Origin: Sphagnum compactum | Lineage: Eukaryota | Length of the DNA: 64,000 bases | Direction: 5' to 3' | NCBI GenBank assembly: GCA_965153455.1 | Contig: OZ234493.1 | Location: forward strand, 29,130,213-29,194,212 | Shown here: positions 63,801 through 64,000 of the stretch, one piece after another | How positions within the stretch are numbered: position 1 is the stretch's first letter | How the letters are laid out: each line of letters begins with the position of its first letter | The notes under the pieces: generated by a model | What the model was told of the DNA's origin: nothing | Databases searched by the model: none | Seen by the model: the letters and a program-made list of their open reading frames with translations, nothing else | Program-made: the position numbers and the translations under genes

Positions 63801-64000
63801 AGGCATCATCATTGCCCATCCAAAGTCCTATGATCCTCCCTAATCCATCACCTAATCTAAGCATAATAAGACTATAATTTAAAAAAAGTCATTGCCAACG
63901 TACTGAATCCTTATGATTGATTTAGCAAAATGCCAAACTTAGTACCAAGGTTGAACCTTACTTGAGATTCTAGTAAGAAGTGTGTTGCATATGCTTCATA

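Overview
Eukaryotic land-plant nuclear DNA with GT-AG introns, GC-richer gene islands and AT-rich, heavily decayed transposon intergenic space. The gene set and repeat style suggest a moss such as Sphagnum, which is an inference. Four spliced genes can be reconstructed exon by exon: CENP-O (+, 5807-7867, with an apparent 1-nt frameshift in exon 1), an NTMC2T5-type SMP/C2 lipid-transfer protein (-, 8886-11916), a cytosolic NAD-dependent glycerol-3-phosphate dehydrogenase (-, 24393-28309) and an ATX1/CCH-type copper chaperone (-, 38143-41215, possibly extending to 41602). The rest is a transposon mosaic: hAT and PIF/Tourist non-autonomous elements with TIRs and TSDs, CRE-like non-LTR remnants, a MULE-SWIM transposase with a Ulp1 protease remnant split by a solo LTR, a 3.2-kb non-autonomous CACTA, a Sola-like transposase remnant and two intronic Penelope-like fragments. 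Three observations stand out. (1) A ~200-nt structured sequence with compensatory stem changes and a CTGATGA core is shared by the 3' ends of the two otherwise dissimilar Penelope-like fragments and is a candidate novel or variant ribozyme. (2) Tandem 3' splice sites could switch the copper chaperone between a uORF/cytosolic form and a form with a 44-aa Arg/Ser-rich presequence. (3) The CENP-O frameshift has possible splice rescue. All family assignments come from recalled motifs and none from a database search.
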